From Williopsis jadinii (taxonomy: Eukaryota): DNA of 64,000 bases. A model generated the notes under the pieces. That model made no database searches. It was not told the origin of the DNA and was given only the letters and a program-made list of their open reading frames with translations. The translations under genes were made by a program, and so were the position numbers. Shown here in pieces: positions 22,445 to 34,534 of the stretch (within the stretch, counting starts at the first letter, position 1; each line of letters begins with the position of its first letter). The stretch lies in assembly GCA_024346625.1 (NCBI GenBank), contig AP024667.1, positions 620,001 through 684,000 of the forward strand, written 5' to 3'.

Positions 22445-25174
22445 CTATTCTAGAGGATGGATTGATTCTGTTGTTTCTAGAATCTTTTTTAAGAAACAGT
22501 CAAAAGTTTCATATTGTAGAGTACCCTCTTCGTAATGCTCCTTTCTCCGTAGAAGTTCTTGTAGCAGCTCATGCAACTGTGGTGTGGTTTTATAGGTGTA
22601 TGGCACCAGAGATTGGGACTTGAGGGTAGCTATAACCACATTTTTATCATGGGATGAGAACCCAACATAGGGGGCGACGAGGATGAAAACTGCCACTTCA
22701 ATCACAAGGTCTGAATTCTTAGAAGCAGACACCTGTGCTGCCTGTACCTGTGAAAGCAAGTAATCTATCACTGTTCCGATGCCAAAGAATGTAATCATAT
22801 TCGGTAGAAACATGTGGTCGTAGAGAGGCAGTGCAGGTGACTGTCCCCATGATAATAGCGCATGGAATCTCGTACCAAATACATGCATCAAGGAAGCATG
22901 TGAGTTGGTCTGTGATTCAGAGAAGAGTGCATCCAGAGTTCTTGAGGTGCCCACCTCAAAGAACTCCAGCCTATCAGAGTCTTTGATTGACGTATGCAGA
23001 CTGGATAAGAACACAGGATCTATCTTGGAAGGGATAGTTGGAGAAGAATCAATAGTCGAGAGACACTTGTGTAGTCTGGGGCCGAATATACTCAGGATTA
23101 TACGGTGTATATGAACGGACTCACCACTAAGTTCTGTTGGACAAACAAGTACTTTCAACAAGGAGACGATCAAGTCAATGTCTTCAGCTCTCCAAAGATA
23201 GTCCTCACACCACGAAACAATCCCGACCACTGTAGCTAGGAGAGAGGGCTGAAGGAAGTACTCCAATCCTCCTTTTACTGTTTCAACATCAGTCAAGTTT
23301 TGCTTCACTGCAATTAGAGCTTGCTGGAAAATTATTGGGAACAGTTCAAAACACTCTTGTACGTTTGACAAACGCATCAAGTCGTCCGATATACCACCAG
23401 AGTCGAATAGAGCAGAGATCCATGCAGTTATAACCTCTGACTTGTGTTGGTTGAGCTCTAACGACGGGTTTCGTCTACTTGATGATCCAAGAGTCGTGAG
23501 GTAATTGATACAGAACGATTCTGACTCGACGTTGGTCTTCAGTGATACCAGATCAACGACAGACACACTGAACTTTTGAACAATGAGCATAAAGAATAAG
23601 AGTATTCCACCAAATTCCGAATGGTTTTCTTGGAAGTTTGTCTCCTCCGTGCTCATTTGCCATTTATCAAGACAAGCCATGATAGGTTTTAGAATAGCAT
23701 AAGGTGACAGATGAAACACGATTGCGTGAAGGGAATTGACTGACAGAGATAAACCCAAACACAATCTGTACAAATGTGCAGAGTCCTCAGCTTTGATGAA
23801 CTCTTGGATGGAAGACAATATCAGATCTGCAATCTGAATCTGTTTGGTTCCCTCCATTCCCTCAACCGACTGGAGGAACTCTAGCAGACCTGAGTCTTCC
23901 AATGAGGTGAATTCAGGATTCACCTCGACAACAGTATGGTTGAACTTGGCCTTTATATCGACTGGTTCGCCCATACTGTCCAAAATATCATCAGTTGTTG
24001 GAATGGTGCCACTGTAAGCAGCAGCATCTTGTTTCAAGATGGTGTTGAAGGCACTGCTTGGAAGCAGTTGTAAAGCAATACAGCTCTTGACAAATTCATG
24101 CCTAACATCAGTGACTGTTGAAGGGAACGAGGCAAACATATCTTCACCTGAGGCATTTCCATTTGCTTGAAGCTTTATAGCTTGTGAGGCCTTTGCTAAA
24201 ATCACACTAAGTGCACTCACCAGGGACGATTCTGTAGATTTCAACTTCAATTCACGGATCAATACAGGAACCCTTTTCAGTAAGAATAGCTCCCAGTTTT
24301 TCGCAAAGTATTGAGATCCCTTCTTATCTTGTTGTTCTATAGCGTAACCTTCAAATGCCGTTGTCAGGAGCTCGTTCAACACATTCTGATTGGTCTTTAC
24401 CCTAACAAAATGGTCAAAGGACACTAGAAAGGTTGGTAGATGGGTTTTCCAATGCTCCAATGCGTAGTTTAGCCAAAGCACCTTTGGTAATTTGTTGGTC
24501 TTCATGAACGAAATGTGTGAAGTTGATGAGTGGGGAGAGGTTAGCGATACGGATTGTCTGATATTGACAGAGTTCTTTCTCATGAACTTTTCTGTGAATT
24601 CAGTAAGGTCATCAGTAACCTCTGGGATCTTATCCTGGATAGTCATGACGAACGACTTCAACGTGTTGCTCTGCTCTTCTGACAATGGAGCCAGTGTCAA
24701 ATCGTGGGGCACTGAGCTTCCAAACAGGACGATGAACCGTCCAGCAGCGCCCATCAACAGGTCATTCGAAGACTTGTGGTTCAGCAAGTACCTCAAGTAG
24801 TCAACAAGTGCGTTCACACTATCAGACAACTCCTGAGAGTTGAAGGGAATCTTGGGCGTATGTCTCAACTGTGTTATCAACGCTGTCAATATGATCTCCT
24901 GGTTGGCTCCAAGAGCACTTTCCAAATTACTGAGCACCGTGGCCAGTTTGAAGTTGCCGACTTGCTCACCGAGACATGCCCCAGCAATGAACATGACCAC
25001 CGTCGGATCGATCTCTTCTTTCGATTCAAGCAGTGCTACAACTTCTTCAACTTTCACCTCTTGTTTATGCACCAGTTGTTTCAACAACGAGTGGAACACC
25101 ACTGGGCTGGTGTGTTTATTAACACAGAACGTGACCAGACCGTTCAAGGATACTGTGGACGCTTCGCTGGCCAT
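22445..25174 (-). CDS. NUT1: Mediator tail subunit Med5
   Basis: 909 aa; DVRHEFVKSC, EFGGILL, WISALFDSGGISDDLM, GGLEYFLQPSL motifs; convergent with INO80 as in S. cerevisiae. Confidence 0.9.
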   Translation of the reverse strand: MASEASTVSLNGLVTFCVNKHTSPVVFHSLLKQLVHKQEVKVEEVVALLESKEEIDPTVVMFIAGACLGEQVGNFKLATVLSNLESALGANQEIILTALITQLRHTPKIPFNSQELSDSVNALVDYLRYLLNHKSSNDLLMGAAGRFIVLFGSSVPHDLTLAPLSEEQSNTLKSFVMTIQDKIPEVTDDLTEFTEKFMRKNSVNIRQSVSLTSPHSSTSHISFMKTNKLPKVLWLNYALEHWKTHLPTFLVSFDHFVRVKTNQNVLNELLTTAFEGYAIEQQDKKGSQYFAKNWELFLLKRVPVLIRELKLKSTESSLVSALSVILAKASQAIKLQANGNASGEDMFASFPSTVTDVRHEFVKSCIALQLLPSSAFNTILKQDAAAYSGTIPTTDDILDSMGEPVDIKAKFNHTVVEVNPEFTSLEDSGLLEFLQSVEGMEGTKQIQIADLILSSIQEFIKAEDSAHLYRLCLGLSLSVNSLHAIVFHLSPYAILKPIMACLDKWQMSTEETNFQENHSEFGGILLFFMLIVQKFSVSVVDLVSLKTNVESESFCINYLTTLGSSSRRNPSLELNQHKSEVITAWISALFDSGGISDDLMRLSNVQECFELFPIIFQQALIAVKQNLTDVETVKGGLEYFLQPSLLATVVGIVSWCEDYLWRAEDIDLIVSLLKVLVCPTELSGESVHIHRIILSIFGPRLHKCLSTIDSSPTIPSKIDPVFLSSLHTSIKDSDRLEFFEVGTSRTLDALFSESQTNSHASLMHVFGTRFHALLSWGQSPALPLYDHMFLPNMITFFGIGTVIDYLLSQVQAAQVSASKNSDLVIEVAVFILVAPYVGFSSHDKNVVIATLKSQSLVPYTYKTTPQLHELLQELLRRKEHYEEGTLQYETFDCFLKKILETTESIHPLE

Positions 25175-25284
25175 CTTACTCGATCAATTCAACAACAGAG
25201 AGGCTTTCCGTTGAGGTGGAAAGTGATATGATAACGTTCGATGCCTACTGTGGAAGCTTCACCTGGACAAATCACCAACATGGA

Positions 25285-25344
25285 CATCCGTACACCTAAT
25301 CACCCGTACACCTAATCACCCGCACACCTAATCATCCAAACACC
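25285..25344 (+). repeat. 16-bp tandem array of Rap1-like sites (CAYCCGYACACCTAAT, 3.75 copies)
   Basis: Units at 25285, 25301, 25317 and 25333 (partial); each resembles the Rap1 consensus ACACCCRYACAYY. Confidence 0.85.
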
Positions 25345-25818
25345 ACCTCAGCGGTTAAAAATTTCTCTCAGAGTCCCACGCGCGTGCGATGGCTTTTTTT
25401 CTTCAGTCCTCTGCTGCTCAAAGCTCTCTTCGTATTTTCTCTCGTCCTTCTCTGATACTTTTCATTCTGAATAGTTAACAGGTTCACTTTGTGTGTGTGC
25501 TAGATTCTGAGTTCTACACGAGATTGCCTTACAACAGCTGATCATTCTTTCGTGGCTGGGCTCCTTCTGTGATCTTTTCCCGAGAACCGTTATTGGTCAA
25601 TCAATATTCAGGCAATTCTGTCCGTGCTCGAGGTGTAACGCTTTGTTTCTCTCGGTCCAACTGATTCATACTCAGTCGTCTTTGAATGGTGCACCTGTAA
25701 AGGACCAGGTCTTCTTCTTCGTTCGCTCTTGTCTCTGTTTTTTATCCTGTGGTCTTCTCTTTGTTGATCATCTTGAATTGTTTAGCTCAATAGACGCTAC
25801 ACCATTGCCTACCACAAC

Positions 25819-26751
25819 ATGACGTTTACTGTCCCAGCTCAAGATGCCGATGCCACCACCAAGGTGGGTGCAGTTGATGACGCCTTTCTGTACCAGTTCG
25901 GGGAGGTTGATAAGGCGATTGCTAACTTCACAAAGCACCAACCTTTCAATCACCATTATGCACCAAATGTCCATATGAACAGAGGTCGTAATAACCACCA
26001 CCACAACAATGGTGGTAGACAGAACAGTGGTAACGGGTACAACCACAACAATAATAACAACAATAACAGCAGCAGCAGTAACAACGTCAATAACAACAAT
26101 GGCATGTTCCAGTCTCCTGCCAACTTTGCCATGACAGCGCAGTTGAAACAACAACAACATCAACAGTTCCTAAACCAGGGTTTACAGAACATCAATAGAC
26201 TCAAGTCTTCCAATGGGTTATTGTCTGGTGGACCAAACCAGCAGATGAAGACCCATCAACTTCAACAACAACAACAGCAGCAGCAGGTATATATGCCACA
26301 ACAGCAAGCACCACAGCAACAACAGCAGTACTACGACAATCGCTCAGCTTACAATGGTAATTCTTTGCAGGCTTCTAACTTCTACTCTGGCAATCCTCTG
26401 GTGAACAAATTCAGTGCTTTCCAAAACCAGAGTGCCATTTCAACAGGAGATATGCTGAGTCCGTTAAGAGCCTCACCACCAGCTTTCCCAACAGGCTTTG
26501 CAAATGAGTCTCCACAATTTGGGTCTCCTCAATTCAGTGCACCATTCGACCATCCGCTTGAGTCAACTACTTCTCTGGGGATGAATGGTTCTGGATTCTT
26601 AAATGTTACATCTCCAAATCAACAGGGAAGTTCTGCTGACTTGAATGTTAACAATAACAAATACTCACTCGAACAGAATAACTCTGGTTATTTGGGTAAC
26701 ATCTGGGGTGACTCCAAATCTTTGGGAAGCTCTACGTCGGTCTGGGCGTGA
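25819..26751 (+). CDS. Q/N-rich low-complexity protein (probably YBL081W-like)
   Basis: 310 aa with poly-N and poly-Q tracts and C-terminal IW...SVWA; orthology from memory only. Confidence 0.75.
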   Translation: MTFTVPAQDADATTKVGAVDDAFLYQFGEVDKAIANFTKHQPFNHHYAPNVHMNRGRNNHHHNNGGRQNSGNGYNHNNNNNNNSSSSNNVNNNNGMFQSPANFAMTAQLKQQQHQQFLNQGLQNINRLKSSNGLLSGGPNQQMKTHQLQQQQQQQQVYMPQQQAPQQQQQYYDNRSAYNGNSLQASNFYSGNPLVNKFSAFQNQSAISTGDMLSPLRASPPAFPTGFANESPQFGSPQFSAPFDHPLESTTSLGMNGSGFLNVTSPNQQGSSADLNVNNNKYSLEQNNSGYLGNIWGDSKSLGSSTSVWA

Positions 26752-27514
26752 ACTCCCTGTTGTTGTTTGTTAGTGTTTGTGTTTTGTTTTCTTATCCTTC
26801 TTCATTCATATAGTTTCATTGTGAAGATGGTTGTGTTTTTAAGGCTAGAGAGGGTTCTGGATGATGAGTGTGTTGTTTTGGTTTGATTGACGATGTTGAG
26901 GGTTTCATATTAATTTTATGGGTATAATGTTTAGAAATTCAAGAAGGTGACGTGTACGTGGAGGTTTATATGGGTGCAAGAGAGAGAGGTGTGTTCTATT
27001 AGAGGAAGTCATATAATAAGAGAGATGATCCGGTTATATACGCCTATTTGTATTTATGTGTGAGGTTTGTTTTCCATCGATGCTGACGTCCACCGTGTCC
27101 AAGTTTCAATAGATTGGACGTTAGGGAGAAGACAAAGGCCTTCTGCGACATGCTGAAGGGAAACCACATCTATTTAAATAAAATAACCAGCAAAAGATGG
27201 TGTAATAATCACTGGTGATGACTCTGTAGTACAAATTTCATCCTCTTTTCAGAACATTCCAAATTTGTGTAAGCCGGTGAAAATCGGCCAGCCGCGAATT
27301 TGACCGCATTCGGGAAAAACTGTGAAAATTTCCGTCGGAAAATCCCCACCGCAGCGCACTGTGGCCACACAAAAATCCATCGAGATTCGTCGAAGATTTC
27401 GTTAAACTCCCGAGGGCTGGCGAAACCATCACCGTATCAATCTCGGAAACAAAGTGATCGACAGCGTGTGTTGTGTAAACAATTAGAGGCTAGAACAGTG
27501 GGAAAGAATCCATC

Positions 27515-28671
27515 ATGGCTTTTGAAACTGACAAGCTGTTTCAATACATCAATTCAATGTACGTTTACCTGTGCTGTGCTGATAAGTACATACTAACAGA
27601 CTGTGCCAATTTAGCCAGAGAGAGTACTACAGCCTTTCAAAGGATGAGTTGAACGAGCTCGGTGTCATTGGCCGTATCACCACCTACGATTGGACTCTGG
27701 AGCTTGTTGGTCTTGCTATCATTGGTCTGATTGTCCTTGTGTTCAACTTTGGTGCGCAGATTAACCATTATAAAGTGACCCGTTGGTTAGACTCCGTCTA
27801 CCCAGTTTTGAACGAGAACTTTGCACAAGTTGGTGTTAAGAAGGGCCAGTCCACTATAAAGGATTCTGCACAGTCGTACACAAGCTATGCCACTGGTAGA
27901 GTCAACGTGAAGGGACTCGTTTCCAGATTCACTTTGATTGCAAGACAAAACTTCTTCCTGTACTTGGCGGAGTTGGCGATGTCGTTCTTCTTTGAATCCA
28001 TCGAAACCCCATCAGATCAAGTTGAAATTGTCCTCAACTTCATCGATGCTGAAAAGTTGAACAAGTTCATCTTTGCTGTGGTCAACAAGGATGGTATGTC
28101 CAAGGCTAGAGAAAACAACTACTACCTGTCATTGACAAAGACCACCGAGTCTTCAAAGTTGCCTTTGCAGTTTGTCTTCATGTCTGAATCCACAGAGTTG
28201 AACGAGAACCTTGTCACTCCAGAGCTCTTGGCTGCATTGGAGAAGTCCTCTGGAATCTTGGACTATTTGGCTGTTACTGACCTTCCAGCTGATAAGCCAA
28301 CCACCGAGGCTGAGTTCGTTTCTGAACCAAAGATCAAACTGCTGTTGTCTTTGCAAACAGACGCCAAATCCCTTGCGGCAGCTAAGGATTTGATCTCTGA
28401 AGTGTTGAACCTTGCTGATAGAGTTGTCAAATTCTCCTTGAAGGCCGACCAGCAGAAGAAGATCAACAACGTTAGAGTCAACGAGTTGAACAAGATCAAG
28501 AAGGCCATTGCAGATGCTAAGGCTGAAGAGCTCAAGGAGCTGAAACTCGAAGCTGAGAGAAAGGCCAGAAGAGAATCTAAGTTATCACCAGAGGAACAGG
28601 ATAAACTTGATAAGAAGAAGAAGGAAAAGAGAGAAAGAAGAGCTAAAAACAGAATGGTGAAGAGAATGTAG
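27515..28671 (+). CDS. ER PAT-complex subunit CCDC47/DUF1682 (YNR021W-like); exons 27515-27558 and 27615-28671
   Basis: Single TM, YATGRVN motif, basic coiled-coil tail; 56-nt GTACGT...TACTAAC...TAG intron links ATG 27515 in frame. Confidence 0.88.
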
Positions 28672-28767
28672 AACCTTCTTTTGCTTCTTCTCTCTAATAT
28701 GTAAGTTCATCGAAAGCATCTTAATTGATCTACTTGTTTAATCATCAAAACTTCGTCACCCTTGCTG

Positions 28768-29662
28768 TTATAGTACAATTCTTATAGCTCTGTCATCGGA
28801 GGTGGCAGTTCTAAACACCTCGACGGTTCCCCTGCCAGCCAAGTTATGTAGACACCATATAAGGGAAAGCCCTTTGAGCTTGTTGAACCTCGATTTGTTC
28901 TTATTCCACTTATTATTCAGGTCAAGTACCCTCATCTCCCTCCACTTGCAAGCGTTCAGGCTCCTAAGTACAAACGTTGTACTTAACTGTTGTAATGTAA
29001 TTACAAGTCCTAGTTTGGGGACTGACAAGTTCAGCTTATCGCATTCTCTCGGTATGATGGAGAAGAACTCCATGGTGGTGAGCTCAACCATCTCATCTGG
29101 TGTAAAATCCATCGCCTGTTTGGAAATTGATACCGACTCGTTACTCCTCTGAATCCACTCCCTGAACCTCTCTAAGAGCGATACGGTGGCAGCACAGCTA
29201 TGCGCTTCCACCAAAGCATCGTTAACACAATCTACGTAGTCCTCGGTCTTGATAAAGAACTCATCATCGCTGGCCGCCAGCCGCTTTATGGAATTCGCAC
29301 GTAGCAGTCTATCCAGCTCATAATCAACACGGCTTTGCCTATCGATAAACAACGAGTACAGCTGGAACTTCGATACCGCCCTGGGCACCACAGAGCGGTA
29401 CTTTTCAATGTGCTCCTTGAACTCAGGCTTCAGCTGTGGAGGGTAAGCAGTCCACATGTACTTCAGGATGTGGTTCATTGCCTCCAAAACATCACCGCTA
29501 AACACACTCTCTATAGCCACCCATGTCAGTACACCTCAACCGTTGCTGCGGGAGCAAAGTTACTGACTCACCTATCCCAACACCCAGCGATTCACCAACG
29601 ACTAGCCGTGGAACCTCCTTCGCCGCTCTCCTCCGCCCTGGGCTGGGCTTCGTAACCCTCAT
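28768..29662 (-). CDS. Probable STK19-family winged-helix protein, 277 aa; exons 29662-29572 and 29510-28768
   Basis: 61-nt GTGAGT...TACTGAC...TAG intron restores the frame to ATG 29662; QLYSL...VDYELDRL and WCLHNLAGRGTVEVFRT resemble the Stk19 family (from memory). Confidence 0.65.
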
Positions 29663-29909
29663 CAGACTCAATAGGGAAACCCTTGGTGGAAACACCTAGT
29701 TGAGCTGTTACAACCGCGGCAGAAAGATCACCATCGCCAACTGCTGTTTTCCCCACACACGCATAAATTACAACAAGAGGTTCTCCGCAAATTTCTTAGG
29801 CGAGGCACCTTGAGGTTTTAGCCATGGACCCGTATAAATACACATTGTTCGCTTTGAAAACGTTCCTGGAGCTTGTCTTAGGCCTGTGTGAAGCAATTGC
29901 ACAGGGAAA

Positions 29910-30728
29910 ATGGCTGAAGGACAGGACATTCTATACGAGGTCAGAGACCAGGTGGCCATCATCACTTTGAACTTACCAAAGGAGCTCAACGCTCTTGACA
30001 GCAACCAGTACTTACTCCTCGGCACTCTCATTGAGAGAGCAGATAAGGAGAAGGATACCGTTGTCACGTTCATCCGCTCAACAGGACGCTACTTCTCTGC
30101 GGGTGCAAACGTCAAGAGCTTGACTGGTACACCGCCTTCGGAGGGGACTATTGAGGAAGTTGACTACTGGTTGTCCAAGTTCACGGCTAGAAACGCGTAC
30201 TTGACGACGATCTTCCAGGATCACTCAAAGGTTTTGGTTTGCGCCTTGAACGGACCTGTTGTTGGGCTGTCATCTGCTCTCGTTTCCATGTGTGATTTCA
30301 TCTACGCGAAGAATGAGAAGGTGTTCTTGTTGGCTCCTTTTGCAAACCTGGGGTTGGTGACGGAGGGTTCTTGTGCCGCAACCTTGGTTCAGAGATTGGG
30401 TATCAGCGTGGCAAATGAGGCTCTGCTGCTCTCAAGACCGATCTTTGCCCGTAGACTGGAGTTGTTGGGCTTTGTAAACAAGATATATAACGTTGAAGAC
30501 ACTGAAAAGTTCAATGACTTGGTGTTGGAGGACTTCTGGAACATGATTAAAGATTTGCACTTTGACAGTGTCAGGGATATCAAAAAGATCATCAAGTCTA
30601 CTTATATCCAAGAATGGCAGAGCGTTAACGCCCAGGAGGTTGTTGGCGGTTTGTTCAAATGGTTGGAGCATGTTCCTCAGACCAAGTTTAAGAAAGTTGC
30701 CGGTAGACAGTTGAAACACAAGCTGTGA
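29910..30728 (+). CDS. ECI1: Peroxisomal delta3,delta2-enoyl-CoA isomerase
   Basis: Crotonase motifs FSAGAN, LNGPVVGLS, PFANLGLVTEG; C-terminal HKL PTS1 variant. Confidence 0.93.
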   Translation: MAEGQDILYEVRDQVAIITLNLPKELNALDSNQYLLLGTLIERADKEKDTVVTFIRSTGRYFSAGANVKSLTGTPPSEGTIEEVDYWLSKFTARNAYLTTIFQDHSKVLVCALNGPVVGLSSALVSMCDFIYAKNEKVFLLAPFANLGLVTEGSCAATLVQRLGISVANEALLLSRPIFARRLELLGFVNKIYNVEDTEKFNDLVLEDFWNMIKDLHFDSVRDIKKIIKSTYIQEWQSVNAQEVVGGLFKWLEHVPQTKFKKVAGRQLKHKL

Positions 30729-30789
30729 ATTCCTCCCCACGTTCCACTATATAGTAAACATCGTATATAAATAACACAACACAAGCATG

Positions 30790-31701
30790 TTAAGACTTCC
30801 TCTCCCTCGCTAGTCTCTCCAGATCGAGGCTCTTCAATTCCTCGTCTAAATCATGTTCGTCCTCTTCCTCCGGTTCCAGAGTCCTCAATATCACCTCCGG
30901 GAGAGGTTCCTCTCTATTCTTCTTCTTGCTGATACTGACGCCTCCCATGATGGAGAACACTAGAACAAGAACCGCCATTAACCCACGGCTCGTTGTGTGC
31001 CACCTCAACCCCTCGATATCAGACTTGATATCCCCGTTGATCTCAGTGCTGATTCTGTTGTTTAGGTCCTGTATACGTCTTTTGATTTTACGCTGTAACA
31101 ACGTGTTCTCGGAGATCTGATCGTTGATGAGCACTTGAGAATCGTTCCTGGCAACTATGAAATCCTTGTTCAAACTCTCAGTCTCTTCGTTGATCAGATT
31201 CTCAAGAAGGGACCTTTCACTCTCGAGGGTCTTCAAGTCAGCCTCTCGAGAGGTTTTGATTTCAACCCTCAGTTCGCTCTGGGCAGCCTCGAAGAGATAC
31301 ATCTCGTTTTCTAATTCACTGGTATCCAGCATGTCCTGTTCCATCTCCCCAACTTTGTGCGATAGATTCTCTTTGATCAGTCGTAGAATGACATCGCTCT
31401 GTTCCTCTGAAAATCCTTGCCTTTGAAGCTCGTTGAATACCTTCATGGTGTCTATGTAGTTGTGTATGGGTAAGCTCGGCTTATTGCATTCAACTTGTTC
31501 TGAAGAATCATCATCTTTTAGCGCCGACTTTGCGTAGGTCTTAGCTTCTGCATCTATCAGTGGGCTGGGAAATTGTGAAATGGTCGAGGTAAAGCGCACA
31601 TATAACTTCCTTTCGTAACCTCCTCGCCGGATGCTATGACATAACGAATAAGTTCTTAGCCATGGCCTCATACTTGGAAATTTCTGTACTGTGGAGCTCA
31701 T
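30790..31701 (-). CDS. PUT7: Mitochondrial DUF1640 coiled-coil protein (MCUR1-like, YLR283W)
   Basis: Presequence; IDTMKVFNELQRQGFSEEQS, LENEMYLFEAAQSELRVEI, IEGLRWHTT followed by a TM; convergent with ECI1 as in S. cerevisiae. Confidence 0.85.
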   Translation of the reverse strand: MSSTVQKFPSMRPWLRTYSLCHSIRRGGYERKLYVRFTSTISQFPSPLIDAEAKTYAKSALKDDDSSEQVECNKPSLPIHNYIDTMKVFNELQRQGFSEEQSDVILRLIKENLSHKVGEMEQDMLDTSELENEMYLFEAAQSELRVEIKTSREADLKTLESERSLLENLINEETESLNKDFIVARNDSQVLINDQISENTLLQRKIKRRIQDLNNRISTEINGDIKSDIEGLRWHTTSRGLMAVLVLVFSIMGGVSISKKKNREEPLPEVILRTLEPEEEDEHDLDEELKSLDLERLARERKS

Positions 31702-34522
31702 ACATCCACTGTGTTTGGCCCTGTTGAACTGTGTGAACTGTCAAGTGAACTTTGTTGATGGAGAAAACCGACAGGGCAGAATGCTGGTTGGGACACCTCA
31801 CTGTCACCAAGTACGTTATTTACTTCACAGGCAATTGGCTCTGTTTACTGTAAACACTTGAAAGATTCGCAGGTTGGGAATCAGGACGGTTTGGAGTTTG
31901 GGGAGAGAGTTTTAGCTGATCGTGGTGGGTGTGCTCAGAAGTCATCATCATAGCTGCGGACTCTAACATCATCTGCACAGGGTTCAGCACTAGAGGACTA
32001 GTTGAAGTCAAGTTTGACGCTTTCAATCTCAAGAAAGAGCTGGACAACTTATGAAGCCGTGGTTCAAAGTAGCGTATTACGTACAGCTGTGAATCTGCGT
32101 CAGGAGGGAATCGTTGAAACATGTTCATTCACTTCTGGCCCTACACATGAGTCGACACCATACGTTAACTGTTTCACGCTTGCCGTTAGGGAATCTGAAC
32201 AGGGCGCCCTTCTTCACTTGATATCCAATATTTATGTAGATGAATATGTAGCCGCTTGAGTTCGAATACATACATGGTCAGTATCGGCTGTACGCATCCC
32301 ACGCACAGTGCACATATGTTGGTCAACATTCAAAATTCACCAGTGGAACAAAGAACAACAGACAAAGCACACCAGCCAGTGGTTAATGGTTTGGCCCTGT
32401 ATTCCCTTTAAAAGTAAATATGGCACCTACACACATCATTCTCTTGTGAAATGGATTTGATCTCTATGTGTTGACTTTAAGAAGTAGTTCACATTCCCAA
32501 AGAAAGAATGCCCCAGCGGTATACGCCTTACCACGTCCAGCCTCGAACAGTTAAAGGATTTGGAGCCAGTACGTGCCTTACAATCTCGAAAATGGTAACG
32601 CTAAATCAAGCATTGAAGCACACGAACAGGCAACTCATTTGTTATTCAAATACATAAGTAAGCCATACCTCGGCTACATCCAATATACGTGGCGACCAAA
32701 GATCAAAACATGAGTCGTATGTTTTAAATTGTGACCCGTTGAAGCTCAAGAGTCGAGGCCCGACTTTAAAGAGAAGTTGGTCCCCAGGCAGTATTTCTGA
32801 GCTGCATCCTATGTTTCAAATGCCGTTTGACCATAAGTCATGTATCACAACCGTTGAGATCTGCTTTCAGAATTCTGTTTTTAAATACTCCTAGATAAAT
32901 ACAGACTACATAGTACATATACATATGTTATGTGTGTTGAACTTTAAGCGAATCTCTACACACAGACCATGGAAGTGCTGTGAAATGAGACTCTCTTTGT
33001 CATCCCCCGAATCATGAGCACACACTCTCTTTTGTGCTTACTCGACTATTGTACGTGTATTCATTATGGGCTATAGAGATGTTTCTTGGAGCTTGTGAAG
33101 CGTGCCAGGTAGGATTATCATGTGTTAAGACTTCGCAAATAATATACCGAGGCCTGTGAGAAGAAACCACATTAGTCGTGAGAAGCATGGGAACCGAGCC
33201 TTCTGACTTGCAATTGTTGATACACAATACTTTATCAAAGAAAACTGAATGTGAGACGCCATGTGGTGAGAATACCATTATCAATGCTACTTAATACTGA
33301 CCTATAGTTACTTTCAAACGACACCATTGGGGTTACGAAGTACAGAAGAATCATGTTCCCTTTAATCATTTTGAGAATAAATTGTGATCTAGTAAGCGGG
33401 AATTTCAAAGAGGAAGCTGAGTGGATGTTTTGGAGGACTCAACTAGCCTCAATAGTTACAAACACTCGTGATAATTAATATCCTGATTGATATATGTATA
33501 ACGGTCAAGAGGAAGTTGGTATGACTAATATTGTTGTTTGCCAGTGTAAGTTGCCTATGACATGGGCTCTAAAATTGGAGATCAAGTATATGGACCTGGA
33601 ACATTGTCAGAACACTTGCAAAGGAATATATCTGCCACAAGTTAGGCCATAAGGGCACTGAATAGAGCATACCCTAGTAAAAGGCAGCTCATATTATCAA
33701 GTCTATATCTGTAGGAATTCTATGCATTAACATCCTATTGAGGTGGATTGTGCTTCTTCGTCACCAGTGTTGGGGAATAGCACCATAGATTATAATGGCC
33801 TGATACATCTGTTCACTTCTACAGCTTATGAATAAGCTACTCAAGAATTTTAATCAGATGGAAAATAGGACTGCTAACTTCTATAGGTTTAACATGCCTT
33901 ATAACGTATAAAGCTGCATTCCTATACGTTGATGAACCAGTTAAAAGCTTGGTCCAAAGGACCAGTAGTCCTGAGTTGCTGCACATATTGGAACTTGATA
34001 TGTATACCTGCAGAGCACAAGTGGGACCTAAATGGAATTTGTTGACGCCGTCGCAGTCGGCATGCTCTACATCCGCCGTATATCAAAGTAACAACTAACC
34101 ACATCTCATATGCGCAATGCTGAGAGTAGACAACCCTCCGTTTCATATATCACATACCAGACTATGTATATCTTACGCAGTTTTCATCTCCAAACATGTA
34201 TGTGAAACGATCACCATCTTTAAGAGTGTGTCGTCATTACTAAACGGGTATTTAATAAGCGATCTAGTTCTCTTGTGGGATATGTCATCAAGTTTAATAT
34301 GGTATGACTATTGAACTTGGGATCCCCTATTTCTTCCAGAAAATCAGAGATTATGCACAGCTGACGGTTTAGATCGTTTCATCGCGTTGGTCAGAGATAC
34401 TGCAATCTCATTATAGCATGGGTAATCTCCTTGAGCACTTAAGGCCCATGCTGCAATGTTCCATATCTCCGCCACCGACATTGGCATGTCCACCTTAAGT
34501 TGCTACAGATTGTTTAACTCAA

Positions 34523-34534
34523 CCCCCCCCCCCC
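34523..34534. repeat. C12 homopolymer
   Basis: Seen directly in the long intergenic region. Confidence 0.8.
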
